DNA of 32,000 nucleotides, taken from contig NC_002939.5 of assembly GCF_000007985.2 (NCBI RefSeq), forward strand, positions 2,550,001 to 2,582,000. The letters run 5' to 3'. This document shows positions 1-8,899 of this stretch, piece by piece. The DNA comes from Geobacter sulfurreducens PCA (GTDB taxonomy: Bacteria; Desulfobacterota; Desulfuromonadia; Geobacterales; Geobacteraceae). The notes under the pieces were generated by a model that did no database searches, had not been told where the DNA came from, and was given only the letters and a program-made list of their open reading frames with translations. The stretch's first letter is position 1. Every line of letters starts with the position of its first letter. The position numbers and the translations under genes are program-made.

Positions 1-150
1 CTCGTGGTCTACGGCGTCTATGATCTCACCAACCGCGCCACCCTCAGCGAGTGGCCCCTCAGGATGGCGACCGTCGACATCTGCTGGGGCGGCTTACTCT
101 GCGCCGTCAGCACCCTGATCGCAGCACTCCTTGACCCCCTTCTCCCCTGA
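1..150 (+). CDS. C-terminal fragment of a small membrane protein (DUF2177-like); 5-prime end lies outside the window
   Basis: Frame +1 is open from base 1 to TGA at 148-150. It is absent from the ORF track because it has no start in the window. The translation LVVYGVYDLTNRATLSEWPLRMATVDICWGGLLCAVSTLIAALLDPLLP shows a YG.YDLTN.ATL..WP motif followed by a hydrophobic helix, as I recall for DUF2177 proteins. Confidence 0.45.
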   Translation, partial: LVVYGVYDLTNRATLSEWPLRMATVDICWGGLLCAVSTLIAALLDPLLP

Positions 151-265
151 GATGGAATCGTTCCCTTCAGAGCCACGGCTTTGACCTGTAAGCCATAAGC
201 CTTGAGGTCATTACCCCGATGAACTATAGTCAGCAAACCAACATAGGCAATTCAGAGGAGCACCC

Positions 266-1003
266 ATGCCGGAAAACCTGATTATTCCATCCGTAGACTT
301 GAGAATCGGCGCCCTGGAGGAGTACAACCGGCGCCAGAAGGAAAAGGCCCACCATAGGCAGAAGGGCCCGAAACCGCGCCCCTGCATAACGTTGTCGAGG
401 GAATTCGGCTGCGAAGGGTACCCCGTTGCGGAGAGCCTCCTGAAGCTCATGCCGGAGCAGACCGGCGACCAGTGGGTGCTGGTAGACAAGGATGTGCTGG
501 ATGAGGTGGCACGGCGCCACCATGTTTCGAGGGAAATTCTGGAGGCCCTGGGGACCAAGAACCGTATCCTCTCCCAGGTTCTGGCCACCTTCTCCGAGCG
601 CTGGAAGACCGACCACGAATACTTCGAGCTCCTCTGCAGCCACATCGTCTCCCTGGCGGAGCAGGGCAACGTCATCATCGTCGGCCTGGGGGGAGCCATC
701 ATCACCCACCACCGGGAACACTGCTATGACTTCCGGATCTTCGGCTCCCGAGAGTTCAAGATCGGCTCAATCTGCCAAAGGATGAACCTCCCCCCCGACA
801 AGGCGGCGGATCTGATCGAAAAGCAGCAGGCCCAGATCGACAATTTCACCCGGGAGTTTCTCTTCGAGGATGAAGCAAACCCCGCCATCTACGACCTTCT
901 GTTCAACAACGACCGGATGTGCCCGGAAACCATGGCCCGGACCATTGCCGACTACGTCGCGGGCCGCATTGCCGCCGGAACGGCGGATAAACGACACGTC
1001 TGA
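266..1003 (+). CDS. cytidylate kinase-like family protein (Cytidylate_kin2-type P-loop-like fold)
   Basis: 245-aa ORF with a GAGGAG Shine-Dalgarno 5 nt upstream of the ATG. The motif ITLSREFGCEGYPVAESL resembles the ITISREYGSGG signature of the cytidylate-kinase-like family. Length is typical for the family. Confidence 0.75.
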   Translation: MPENLIIPSVDLRIGALEEYNRRQKEKAHHRQKGPKPRPCITLSREFGCEGYPVAESLLKLMPEQTGDQWVLVDKDVLDEVARRHHVSREILEALGTKNRILSQVLATFSERWKTDHEYFELLCSHIVSLAEQGNVIIVGLGGAIITHHREHCYDFRIFGSREFKIGSICQRMNLPPDKAADLIEKQQAQIDNFTREFLFEDEANPAIYDLLFNNDRMCPETMARTIADYVAGRIAAGTADKRHV

Positions 1004-1022
1004 ACAGGCTTACTCAATTGTA

Positions 1023-1091
1023 AACAGGTGACGGCCGCCGCGCCACATCGCTCCGCGTTCCGCTTCGTCGGCGTGGTGGCCGTCACCTGTT
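1023..1091. repeat. long inverted repeat / hairpin between convergent genes (possible bidirectional terminator or protein-binding palindrome)
   Basis: Arms 1023-1036 AACAGGTGACGGCC and 1078-1091 GGCCGTCACCTGTT are perfectly complementary. On the plus-strand RNA the stem extends to 22 bp (1023-1044 with 1070-1091) including two G-U pairs, with a 25-nt loop. No U-tract follows on either strand. Confidence 0.5.
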
Positions 1092-1112
1092 CAGGTCATT
1101 CTCCCGCCGACT

Positions 1113-3797
1113 TCACCGGGCCAGCTGCTTCAATACCTGCTGCAGCTTCCGCAACTCCTCGCCGTAGCCGGCCCAGTCCCCCTGCCGCTGCAGGTTGGTG
1201 GCCCGCTCGAAGATGCTCATGGCTTCCCGGGCCAAATCGCCCGTTGAGGCCTTCCCGTCCTCAGGGGCTGCCGCAACGCCGGCAACCGGTGCCCGTTTCC
1301 CGCCGAAGATCCGCTGCAGGGCCAGTTCCAGGCTCTCCTCCATGACCACTTCATCACCGTAGGCAACGATGACCCGCCTCAGTTCAGGCAGCCCCGCCTT
1401 GTCCGCGGCGGCCAGGAACAGGGGCTGCACGTAGAGCAGCGACTGTTCGATGGGGATCACCAGCATGCTCCCCCGGATGACCTGGGAGCCGCGCTGGCTC
1501 CAGAGGGTCAGTTGCTGGGAAATGTGCGAGTCCTGATTGATCCGCGCGTCGATCTGCTTCGGCCCGTAGATCAGGCGGTCCCGGGGGAAGGTGTAGGCCA
1601 GGAGCTTGCCGTAGTTCTCGCCGTCGCAGCGGGCCGTGAGCCAAGCGGCCAGGTTGTCCCGCTTGGAGGGGGTGAAGGGGAGGAGCAGGATGTACTCCTC
1701 CCTGGCTTCTCCCGGCAGCTTCATGACCGTGTAGTAGGGCTCCATGGGCGCTTCGCCCAGTACGGGGATCTCCCAGAGGTTCTCCCGGTTGTAGAAGACC
1801 TTGGGATCGGTCATGTGGTAGGTGGCGAACATGGCCGCCTGGACCTGGAGGAACTGGTGGGGGTAGCGGATGTGCCCCCGCAGGTCGGCCGACATGGCGG
1901 ACAGTGGCTTGAAGAGTCCCGGGAAGATCCGGGCGTAGACCTTGATCATGACGTCGTCCGGATCGCTGATATAGAAGTCCAGGGTGCCGTCGTAGGCGTC
2001 GACCACCGCTTTCACCGAGTTTCTCATGTAGTTGATGCCGCCCCTGAGCGGCTTCGAATAGGGAAGCCGGCTCGAATGGGTATAGCCGTCGATGATCCAT
2101 TTGAGGGTGCCGTTGTCGGCCACGACCAGGTAGGGGTCGCCGTCGAACCGGATAAAGGGGGCCACCGTCTTGACCCGCTCACCCACGGTGCGGTAGTAGA
2201 GGATGCGGCTCTGATCGGTAATGTCCGATGAAAGGAGGATTTTCTCCGTTTTGAACCGGGCGGCGAACAGGGCCTTGCGCAGCATCGAGTCCAGCGCCAC
2301 CCCACCCTTGCCCCCGTAAGTCGTATTGATGTTGCCCGTGGCGGTCGGGTAGCTGAATTCCGGCACTTTGGTCCCGACGATGACATAGTCGTTGGAGAGC
2401 TCGCCATAGTAGATTTCCGGTCGCGTCACCCTGATGTCGGCCAGGCTGACCGCCGGGATATCCTTGATGAAGAATTCCGGGAGCCCTTCCCTGCTGATCC
2501 TGCTGACCGGACCGACGGCCAGACCGTTGCCGTGGGTGAAGATGAGCCGTTCGTTGATCCAGTTTCTGCTGGGGAGATCGTTGTAGGAGAGCTCACGCGG
2601 CGAGAGCATCACCTGGGTGTACTGGCCGTTCACCAGGTACCGGTCGTTGTCCACGTCGAAAAACTTGTAATAGGTCCTGATCTGCTGCAACTGGCTGTAG
2701 GTCTTGAGGAGCGGGCCGTGATCCCACAGCCTGATGTTCCTGATGGTGGCGTCGTTCTTTGCGATGTCGGCGGCCGACAGATTGAGCTCCACATCAAAGG
2801 GAACGGTTTTGATTTTGTCCAGATCGTAGCCGAGCCGGGTGAACCGGATGGAATTGGCGATGTAGGGGGTTTCCAGGGCCAGTTCGTTGGGGGCGACCTT
2901 GAACTTCTGCAGCATGGCCGGATATCCCACGATGCCGATGCCGTAGACGGCGGCCACGATGATCGGCGGGATCAGTGTCAGGCGCCATGCTCCCTTCCAG
3001 AGGCCGAACGCCACCACGGCGCCGGCAAGGGGGGTGGCCAGGGTGAGAATCCGGTAGAGCGGAAGCCGGGCGTTGACATCCACGTAACCGGCTCCGTGGA
3101 AAGAGTTGCCGCCGGCAAGGAGGAGCCGCACGGCATCCAGGTAAAAGCCCGTGGCCAGCGTGAGCGAGAAGATCCCCAGCAGAATGGCCAGGTGACGCCT
3201 CACCGCGCCGTCCACATCGGCCCCCCGATCCGACAGGATGATGCCGCCGCGGAAAAAGTAGACCGCCCCCACCATAATGCCGGTGACGAGCACCGTGAAG
3301 GCGACAAACCCCTTCACATGCTCCAGCAGCGGCAGGCTGAACAGGTAGAACCCCAGATCCTTCCCCATTATCGGATCGCTGGTGCCCACCGTGACGCCGT
3401 TCGTGAACAGGAGCAGGTTCTGCCACTGCAGGGCGCCCCACCTGCCGGCAAGAAGCGACAGAACAAGGGCGGCCAGGATGCTCAGGGGCTTCACCATCTG
3501 CACCATCTCGTCGCGCTGGAGGCGGTAGACATTGCCCCCCTCGAAGAACACGCCACGGGGGGTGTGAGGCAAGGAAGCCCGGTTCGCGAAGTACAGATTG
3601 ACCATGGCGAACGCAAACATAAAGAGCCCTGAGGCGAGCCCGGCCCCGACCTTTGCCGCCAGGGCCGTCGTGAACACCTGGGTGTAACCGGTTTCCCGGA
3701 AAAAGAGCCAGTCGGTGTAGAAGGTGATCAGCGACAGCGCGGCTGGCAAGACCACGAACACGGCGGCAATAATGAGAAGGAATCGGTTTTTGGCCAT
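1113..3797 (-). CDS. UPF0182 family large membrane protein
   Basis: The ORF has a multi-TM N-terminus and a large C-terminal domain. Blocks match UPF0182 proteins recalled from actinobacteria: DWLFFRETGY, GKDLGFYLFSLP, GAGYVDVNARLP, WINERLIFTHGNG, NSVKAVVDAYDGT, IRYPHQF and LLYVQPLF. I trimmed the start to the ATG at 3797 (MAKNRF), which has an AGGGAG SD. The track start at 3857 adds 20 residues with no SD. Confidence 0.85.
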   Translation of the reverse strand: MAKNRFLLIIAAVFVVLPAALSLITFYTDWLFFRETGYTQVFTTALAAKVGAGLASGLFMFAFAMVNLYFANRASLPHTPRGVFFEGGNVYRLQRDEMVQMVKPLSILAALVLSLLAGRWGALQWQNLLLFTNGVTVGTSDPIMGKDLGFYLFSLPLLEHVKGFVAFTVLVTGIMVGAVYFFRGGIILSDRGADVDGAVRRHLAILLGIFSLTLATGFYLDAVRLLLAGGNSFHGAGYVDVNARLPLYRILTLATPLAGAVVAFGLWKGAWRLTLIPPIIVAAVYGIGIVGYPAMLQKFKVAPNELALETPYIANSIRFTRLGYDLDKIKTVPFDVELNLSAADIAKNDATIRNIRLWDHGPLLKTYSQLQQIRTYYKFFDVDNDRYLVNGQYTQVMLSPRELSYNDLPSRNWINERLIFTHGNGLAVGPVSRISREGLPEFFIKDIPAVSLADIRVTRPEIYYGELSNDYVIVGTKVPEFSYPTATGNINTTYGGKGGVALDSMLRKALFAARFKTEKILLSSDITDQSRILYYRTVGERVKTVAPFIRFDGDPYLVVADNGTLKWIIDGYTHSSRLPYSKPLRGGINYMRNSVKAVVDAYDGTLDFYISDPDDVMIKVYARIFPGLFKPLSAMSADLRGHIRYPHQFLQVQAAMFATYHMTDPKVFYNRENLWEIPVLGEAPMEPYYTVMKLPGEAREEYILLLPFTPSKRDNLAAWLTARCDGENYGKLLAYTFPRDRLIYGPKQIDARINQDSHISQQLTLWSQRGSQVIRGSMLVIPIEQSLLYVQPLFLAAADKAGLPELRRVIVAYGDEVVMEESLELALQRIFGGKRAPVAGVAAAPEDGKASTGDLAREAMSIFERATNLQRQGDWAGYGEELRKLQQVLKQLAR

Positions 3798-3915
3798 CAA
3801 CAAGCTCCCTTGGGTGATATCTATGTGCAACAGAGCCGTGATCCGGCTGTTCGGCAATGACGTCCGGCGCGGGAGGATATGGCCGCAGCATCACTGAATC
3901 CGCAGTACGGCTCCT

Positions 3916-4359
3916 TCAGGTCCCCCGCACAATCTCCACGGAGCAGGGTGCATGAAGGGCAACCGCCAGGGAGACCGAGCCGAGGAAAAAGCGCCTGATC
4001 ACGCCATAGCCGTGGGCTCCGACCACGATCAGATCAGCGCCCCAGCGCTCGGCCTCACTGAGAATGGCATCCTTGGGCCGTCCCTCCAGCAGTGCCGAGG
4101 TAACGCTCAATTCCGGCGCTCGCTGCGCAAAATCAGCCGTTACGGCATTAAGTCGCTTGGCAGCAGCAGTTTCCTGCCGGCTGATGATGTAGTCGAAGGC
4201 CGTGGCGTGCTCGCCCTCCCCGCCCAACAGGTTCGGTTCGACAGGAGAAAGCACGGTGATTACACGAACCTCGCTCCCCGGCGGCCACGGACGGCGGCAT
4301 ACCTCGCGGGCCGCGGCATCGCTGCTGGGTGAGCCATCGAATGCAAGAAGAATTTTCAT
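3916..4359 (-). CDS. universal stress protein (UspA family)
   Basis: 147 aa. It begins MKILLAFDGS and ends with the ATP-binding-type motif LIVVGAHGYGVIRRFFLGSVS, typical of the Usp family. A GGGGAGGGGA SD lies upstream. Confidence 0.9.
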   Translation of the reverse strand: MKILLAFDGSPSSDAAAREVCRRPWPPGSEVRVITVLSPVEPNLLGGEGEHATAFDYIISRQETAAAKRLNAVTADFAQRAPELSVTSALLEGRPKDAILSEAERWGADLIVVGAHGYGVIRRFFLGSVSLAVALHAPCSVEIVRGT

Positions 4360-4563
4360 TCCGTCCCCTCCCCTTCCCGATCCGTAACCGGGAATGTCCG
4401 CAAAAGGCTGTCGCTACGATACATCGCCATCGGGCCGATCATGGGCATTATTTTATAACAATTTGAAACAACTCACGTTTATCGCGATCACTCCCCAGCG
4501 GATATCCACTTCTCACGGGCAGGGGTAATGGGGCCCTGCAACCATATCCTCCTGCCGGCCCCC

Positions 4564-5334
4564 TCAGAGCACGGCCAGGATCTCATCAAGCAGCGGGGCC
4601 ATCTCATCCTGGCCCCGGATGAAGTAGCGGGCCGCGCTCCCACCAGAGTTCCCGACCCGAATCCCGAAGATGGCTTCGTCGCCGAGACGGAACACATCCT
4701 CGTCGGTCACATCGTCACCGACAAAGAGCGCGCGGGCACAGCCGAGATGGCGCATGATGCACCGAAGCGCGTCTCCCTTGTGGGGGGCGGCCGCCGGCAC
4801 GAGGTTCTCGACCAACTTGCCGGAAACCCGCCGGGGCGCGGGCAGCAGCCGGGAAACGGCAGCCAGGATGCGTTGATGAGCGTTCTCGCGATCAGGGGCG
4901 TTTCGGTAATGGAGCGACAGTGTGGCGCTCTTGTCCTCCATGACGATGCCGGTGCCCTCCCCCTCCGGCAGGAGCTCCCCCAGTTGCGTCATCCAGCCGC
5001 GGCAGAGACCGATGAATTCCCGCTCCGCGGCATCGGCGCCGGGAAGCCCCTCGGCCCCGTGGTTTCCCACCAGGAAGCGGGGCGCGAAGCCAAGGTGCCG
5101 CGCCGCATCGACCCGGGCTCGGCCGGTAACGACGGCAACGGATGCCGTACCGTTCAGGCGGACCAGGCGCTCGTGCACGTCCGGCGGGATCATGATCCCT
5201 GCCGGATCGGAAACGATCGGAGCCAGGGTGCCGTCGAGATCAAAGGCAAACAGGGTGGACCGGTCGATGAAATCCCGCAGATCTCTGAGACCGGCATGGC
5301 TGAACAGATAGATCATCCCGTGCTCCCCGGTCAC
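4564..5334 (-). CDS. otsB: trehalose-6-phosphate phosphatase (HAD superfamily)
   Basis: Carries the HAD motif I FAFDLDGTL, a later VVTGR block, and GDDVTDEDVF (motif IV). The GTG start overlaps the otsA stop (GTGA). An alternative ATG (MIYLF) lies 6 codons downstream. Confidence 0.88.
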   Translation of the reverse strand: MTGEHGMIYLFSHAGLRDLRDFIDRSTLFAFDLDGTLAPIVSDPAGIMIPPDVHERLVRLNGTASVAVVTGRARVDAARHLGFAPRFLVGNHGAEGLPGADAAEREFIGLCRGWMTQLGELLPEGEGTGIVMEDKSATLSLHYRNAPDRENAHQRILAAVSRLLPAPRRVSGKLVENLVPAAAPHKGDALRCIMRHLGCARALFVGDDVTDEDVFRLGDEAIFGIRVGNSGGSAARYFIRGQDEMAPLLDEILAVL

Positions 5335-7574
5335 GACTCGCCCCCGATCCGGGCGGCCAGTTTCTCCCGCTGGCGGACCCTGGCCGCGTCCAGCAGCATC
5401 CGGCCGGCCCAGCGGTAGACGTTGAAATCGCGCACCAGCATGCGCATGCTCCGCATCCGTTCCCGCTGCTCGTAATCGGGCATGGTGAGGGCCCGGTGGA
5501 GGGCCTCGGCGGTCTGTTCCACATGATAGGGGTTGACGATCAGGGCCTCATGCAGTTCGTGGGCAGCGCCGGTGAACTGGCTCAGCACCAGGGCGCCCCG
5601 CTCGTCGTCCCGGGCCGCCACGTACTCCTTGGCCACCAGGTTCATGCCGTCGTGGAGGCTGGTGACCATGCAGACATCGGCGGCGCGGTAGTAACGGTTG
5701 ACCTGCTCGGGTTCGTGGTGCTCGGCCTTGAGGATGATGGCCGGGCGCCCGTCGCGGCTGAAACGCCCGTTGATCCGCTCCGCGTGGGAATGGACCCTCG
5801 CCTCGAACGCCTGGTACTCCTCCAGGGCCGACCGGCTCGGCGCGGCGATCTGGACAAAGGTGAAGCGTCCCACCAGTTCGGGGTGCAGTTCGAACAGCCG
5901 CTCCACCGCCATGAATCGCTCCGGGATTCCCTTGGTATAATCCATCCGGTCAACCCCGACCCCGATCAGGTGATCCAGGGGAAGCCCCAGTTCGCCAAGG
6001 ATTTCGCTCCGCGTCACGTCCACCGGCGGCAGGGTCCCCTGCCAGGCCGGCGGCCACTGGATGGAGATTGGGTAACTCTCAACCATGGTCAATTGGCCTC
6101 GCCGGGAGATGGTGGACGATTCATGCTCGATCCGGGTCTCCAGGTAGCGGTCCACCGTCTCCAGGAAGTTCTTGCAATGGTACGGGGTGTGGAAGCCGAG
6201 AATGGTGCTCCCCAGCATCCCCTTGAGCAGTTCCTCCCGCCAGGGGCAGATGCCGAACGACTCCGGGTTGGGCCACGGAATGTGCCAGAAGGTGATGATG
6301 GTGGCCTTGGGCAGGGCCTTGCGGATCATCGCGGGCAGAAGCGCGAAGTGGTAGTCCTGTACCAGCACAACCGGATCGTCGCTGTCCGCCTCCTTGACCA
6401 CGGCGTCGGCGAACCGCTGGTTGATCCTGACGTACTGTTGCCAGTCGCTGGTGCGGAACACCGGGCGTACGTGGGCGATATGGCAGAGGGGCCAGAGCCC
6501 TTCGTTGGCGAAGCCGTAGTAGTACCCCTCTTCCTCTTCCTTGGTGAGCCAGATCCGTCGCAGATTGTATTCAGGCTTGTGGGGCGGCACCCGGACCCGG
6601 TCGTGGGAGTCGACCGTCTCCCGGTCGGCGGAGCCGCTGCCATGGGCGATCCAGGTTCCCGAGCAGGCACGCATGACCGGCTCCACGGCGGTGACCAGGC
6701 CGCTGGCCGGACGATGGACCTCCACGGTGTCGCCCGTGCGGATATGGATATAGGGTTCGCGGTTGGAAACGACCAGTATCCGCTCCCCCACCAGATGCTT
6801 GTGCAAGAGCGTCCGCAGGGACTCGGGACTCCAGGTGATGGTGGCGTCGTCGGCGAAGCGGCGTTCGGCATCGAGGGTGCGCAGGAGCGCCCGAAGATCT
6901 CCCACCAGAGGCTGGAGTTCGGAGCTGGGTGCCTGCGGGCTGAACGGCCGGAGAATCCCCTCGCCCCGCAGCATGGCGCGGACCCCCTCCACCCATCCGC
7001 GCCAGCTGAGGTGGGCGACGAACACGGTGATGAGGGAGATCACCACGCCGAGCACCGCAAAGAGAACGATCACGTACTTGCGCGTATCGGCGCTGCGGCG
7101 CTCCACGAAGCTCATATCGTGGACCAGGATCAGGGAGCCGACAGCTCCCCCCTCAGCTCCCATGGGATGGATGGAAATGTGAACTGCCCCCTGGGGAAGA
7201 TGGCGGAGCGCCCCCTCGCTTCCACTCTCCGGCCGGGTGGCCGACGAGCAGTCGAGCGAATCCGGAAAGGTGGGCGTGCTGTAGCGCAGCGTTCCGCGGC
7301 CATCGCAGTAGCCCAGGGCCAGCAGGCGCTCATCCTGAATGGCACGCAGCAGGAGGGTGTTGATCTTTGCCCGGTCCGCCCGCGGCAGCAACTCGGCAAG
7401 AGGTTCCCGGAGGGTGCTCGCGATGAGCCGGGAACGGATATCGAGATCGCGGATGAACCAGTGCAGGGTGAGCCTGTCCACCAGCGGCACCACCGCGTAG
7501 GCCAGCAGCGCCAGCGCCATGGCCAGCGGGATGATGAAGCGCAACGACAGGCGAAGTGATCGAAGTGAAACCAT
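5331..7574 (-). CDS. otsA: alpha,alpha-trehalose-phosphate synthase (GT20) with an N-terminal two-TM sensor-like extension
   Basis: The C-terminal ~480 aa carry GT20 blocks: [73 protein letters not shown] and LIVNPY. The first ~264 aa are extra: TM1 at ~aa 11-32, a ~130-aa loop, and TM2 at ~aa 167-189. An AAGGAG SD lies upstream. Confidence 0.9.
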   Translation of the reverse strand: MVSLRSLRLSLRFIIPLAMALALLAYAVVPLVDRLTLHWFIRDLDIRSRLIASTLREPLAELLPRADRAKINTLLLRAIQDERLLALGYCDGRGTLRYSTPTFPDSLDCSSATRPESGSEGALRHLPQGAVHISIHPMGAEGGAVGSLILVHDMSFVERRSADTRKYVIVLFAVLGVVISLITVFVAHLSWRGWVEGVRAMLRGEGILRPFSPQAPSSELQPLVGDLRALLRTLDAERRFADDATITWSPESLRTLLHKHLVGERILVVSNREPYIHIRTGDTVEVHRPASGLVTAVEPVMRACSGTWIAHGSGSADRETVDSHDRVRVPPHKPEYNLRRIWLTKEEEEGYYYGFANEGLWPLCHIAHVRPVFRTSDWQQYVRINQRFADAVVKEADSDDPVVLVQDYHFALLPAMIRKALPKATIITFWHIPWPNPESFGICPWREELLKGMLGSTILGFHTPYHCKNFLETVDRYLETRIEHESSTISRRGQLTMVESYPISIQWPPAWQGTLPPVDVTRSEILGELGLPLDHLIGVGVDRMDYTKGIPERFMAVERLFELHPELVGRFTFVQIAAPSRSALEEYQAFEARVHSHAERINGRFSRDGRPAIILKAEHHEPEQVNRYYRAADVCMVTSLHDGMNLVAKEYVAARDDERGALVLSQFTGAAHELHEALIVNPYHVEQTAEALHRALTMPDYEQRERMRSMRMLVRDFNVYRWAGRMLLDAARVRQREKLAARIGGES

Positions 7575-7771
7575 ACAGACTCCTTACGTGGAACGTATCC
7601 GGATATGACGTTGCAAGGGTCGCCCCCGGATTCGTGCCGGACATGGCGGTGCCGATCAGACAAAACCGAAGGCGGAGCCGGGCTGGGGCGAGGATTGTGC
7701 GTGCGAGAGCCAGCCAGAAACGACATGAAGACGGGGTGCGAACCCGTTGAGGTTATATGCGGGTTTGTGTT

Positions 7772-8161
7772 TTATGTATCAGCACGTGAATCGGCCTGCC
7801 CCGTGCCGGCTCCGTCGGTATCGTCCCGCTTGCACCATTCGCCCGAGGACGCCAGATCGTCCCGGACGCTTTTCTCCCAGAGGGGAACTCCGCTGAAATA
7901 GGCGGCCCGGCCCAGCATGTGGGCCGCCACCGGCGCCGTCAGGGCGATAAAGACGATAATGGCGGTGATCTTCCCAGTGACGGCAGCGTCGTCGAAGAAA
8001 AGGGCCACCCCGGCCAATATGAGGCTCGTCCCAAGGGTAGAGGCCTTGGTTGCGGCCGATAGCCGCACATAGAGGTCAGGGAAGCGCACGATACCGATGG
8101 CGGCCAGCACGGCAAAGAAGGCCCCCCCGCCCAGGAGTATGGCGATGATCGTGTCACGCAC
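7772..8161 (-). CDS. mrpG: Na+/H+ antiporter Mrp/Mnh subunit G
   Basis: Carries the MnhG signature VRFPDLYVRLSAATKASTLG. I prefer the GTG start at 8161, preceded by a GGAGGG SD and overlapping the mrpF stop. The track's TTG start at 8191 adds 10 aa. Confidence 0.85.
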   Translation of the reverse strand: MRDTIIAILLGGGAFFAVLAAIGIVRFPDLYVRLSAATKASTLGTSLILAGVALFFDDAAVTGKITAIIVFIALTAPVAAHMLGRAAYFSGVPLWEKSVRDDLASSGEWCKRDDTDGAGTGQADSRADT

Positions 8162-8429
8162 CGCCGTCCCTCCGGTGCAGATAATAGGCAAAGGCCACGG
8201 TCCCCAGGAAGGTGATCAGAGCCAGGACGATGGCCGCGTCCAGGTAGGCGTGCTGACCGGTGGCCACGGCATAGGCGGCGGACAGGGCGATGATGAGGGT
8301 TGCCATCAGGTCCAGGGCCACCACCCGGTCCGGCAGGCTCGGTCCCCTGACCAGCCGCACGAAGGCCAGCACGATCCCCCCTCCGAGCAGGGGAAGAATT
8401 ACATAATGGATGAATGCGTCGAGGGTCAT
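8154..8429 (-). CDS. mrpF: Na+/H+ antiporter Mrp/Mnh subunit F
   Basis: 91 aa with three hydrophobic helices. The motif RLVRGPSLPDRVVALD is typical of MrpF/PhaF. ATGA overlap with mrpE. Confidence 0.88.
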   Translation of the reverse strand: MTLDAFIHYVILPLLGGGIVLAFVRLVRGPSLPDRVVALDLMATLIIALSAAYAVATGQHAYLDAAIVLALITFLGTVAFAYYLHRRDGGA

Positions 8430-8899
8430 CGAAACACCTCCCGGACCCGGCGCTCGAACCCCTCTTTGATTCCCCGCACGAGCACCGCCGGGTCATCGAT
8501 GTACATAGCGTGAACGTAGAGGGTGCGCCGGTCGTCGGTCAAATGGAGGCTCAGGGTCCCCGGCGTGAGGGTGATGACCGTGGCGAGCACCGTGACCTCA
8601 AGGTCGCTCTCCACGTCCAGGGGGACCGCCACGATGCCCGGCGTCATGTGGTGGCGGGGGGTGAGGATGTCGTGGGCCACCCTCAGGTTGGCCAGCACCA
8701 GCTCCCGGAAGAAGAAGGCGATGAAACCCGCAACGGCCCGCACCCTGGTCAGATAGCCGGTCGTGCCCCGCCCCCGGCGGGTTATCCAGAGAACGAAGAA
8801 CCCGGCGAGCGCGCCGGTGAAAAACCCGCCGGCCGTATAGGTGCCGGTGAGGGCCATCCAGGCCAGTGCCAGAAGGATATTGGCAAGAAACGGGGTCAC
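8426..8899 (-). CDS. mrpE: Na+/H+ antiporter Mrp/Mnh subunit E
   Basis: 157 aa with two N-terminal TM helices followed by a soluble domain, in the expected position between D and F. The GTG start overlaps the mrpD stop (GTGA). Confidence 0.82.
   Translation of the reverse strand: MTPFLANILLALAWMALTGTYTAGGFFTGALAGFFVLWITRRGRGTTGYLTRVRAVAGFIAFFFRELVLANLRVAHDILTPRHHMTPGIVAVPLDVESDLEVTVLATVITLTPGTLSLHLTDDRRTLYVHAMYIDDPAVLVRGIKEGFERRVREVFR

Noticed and set aside
1028-1345. 105-aa plus-strand ORF starting inside the long hairpin and overlapping the 3-prime end of the UPF0182 gene.
   Set aside because: The translation is Pro/Ala/Arg-rich with no motif and no SD. It overlaps the well-supported C-terminus of UPF0182 on the opposite strand.
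5496-7559. 687-aa ORF antisense to otsA. Similar long antisense or out-of-frame ORFs include 2532-3632, 2794-3894, 8866-10479, 11316-13460, 11899-13419, 15136-16017, 16159-16986, 17700-18518, 18669-19838, 22421-23596, 27722-28645 and 29662-30492.
   Set aside because: These are typical shadow ORFs of GC-rich DNA. Their translations are Arg/Gly/Pro/His-rich low-complexity strings with no recognisable motifs. Each overlaps a gene on the other strand or frame that has clear family signatures.
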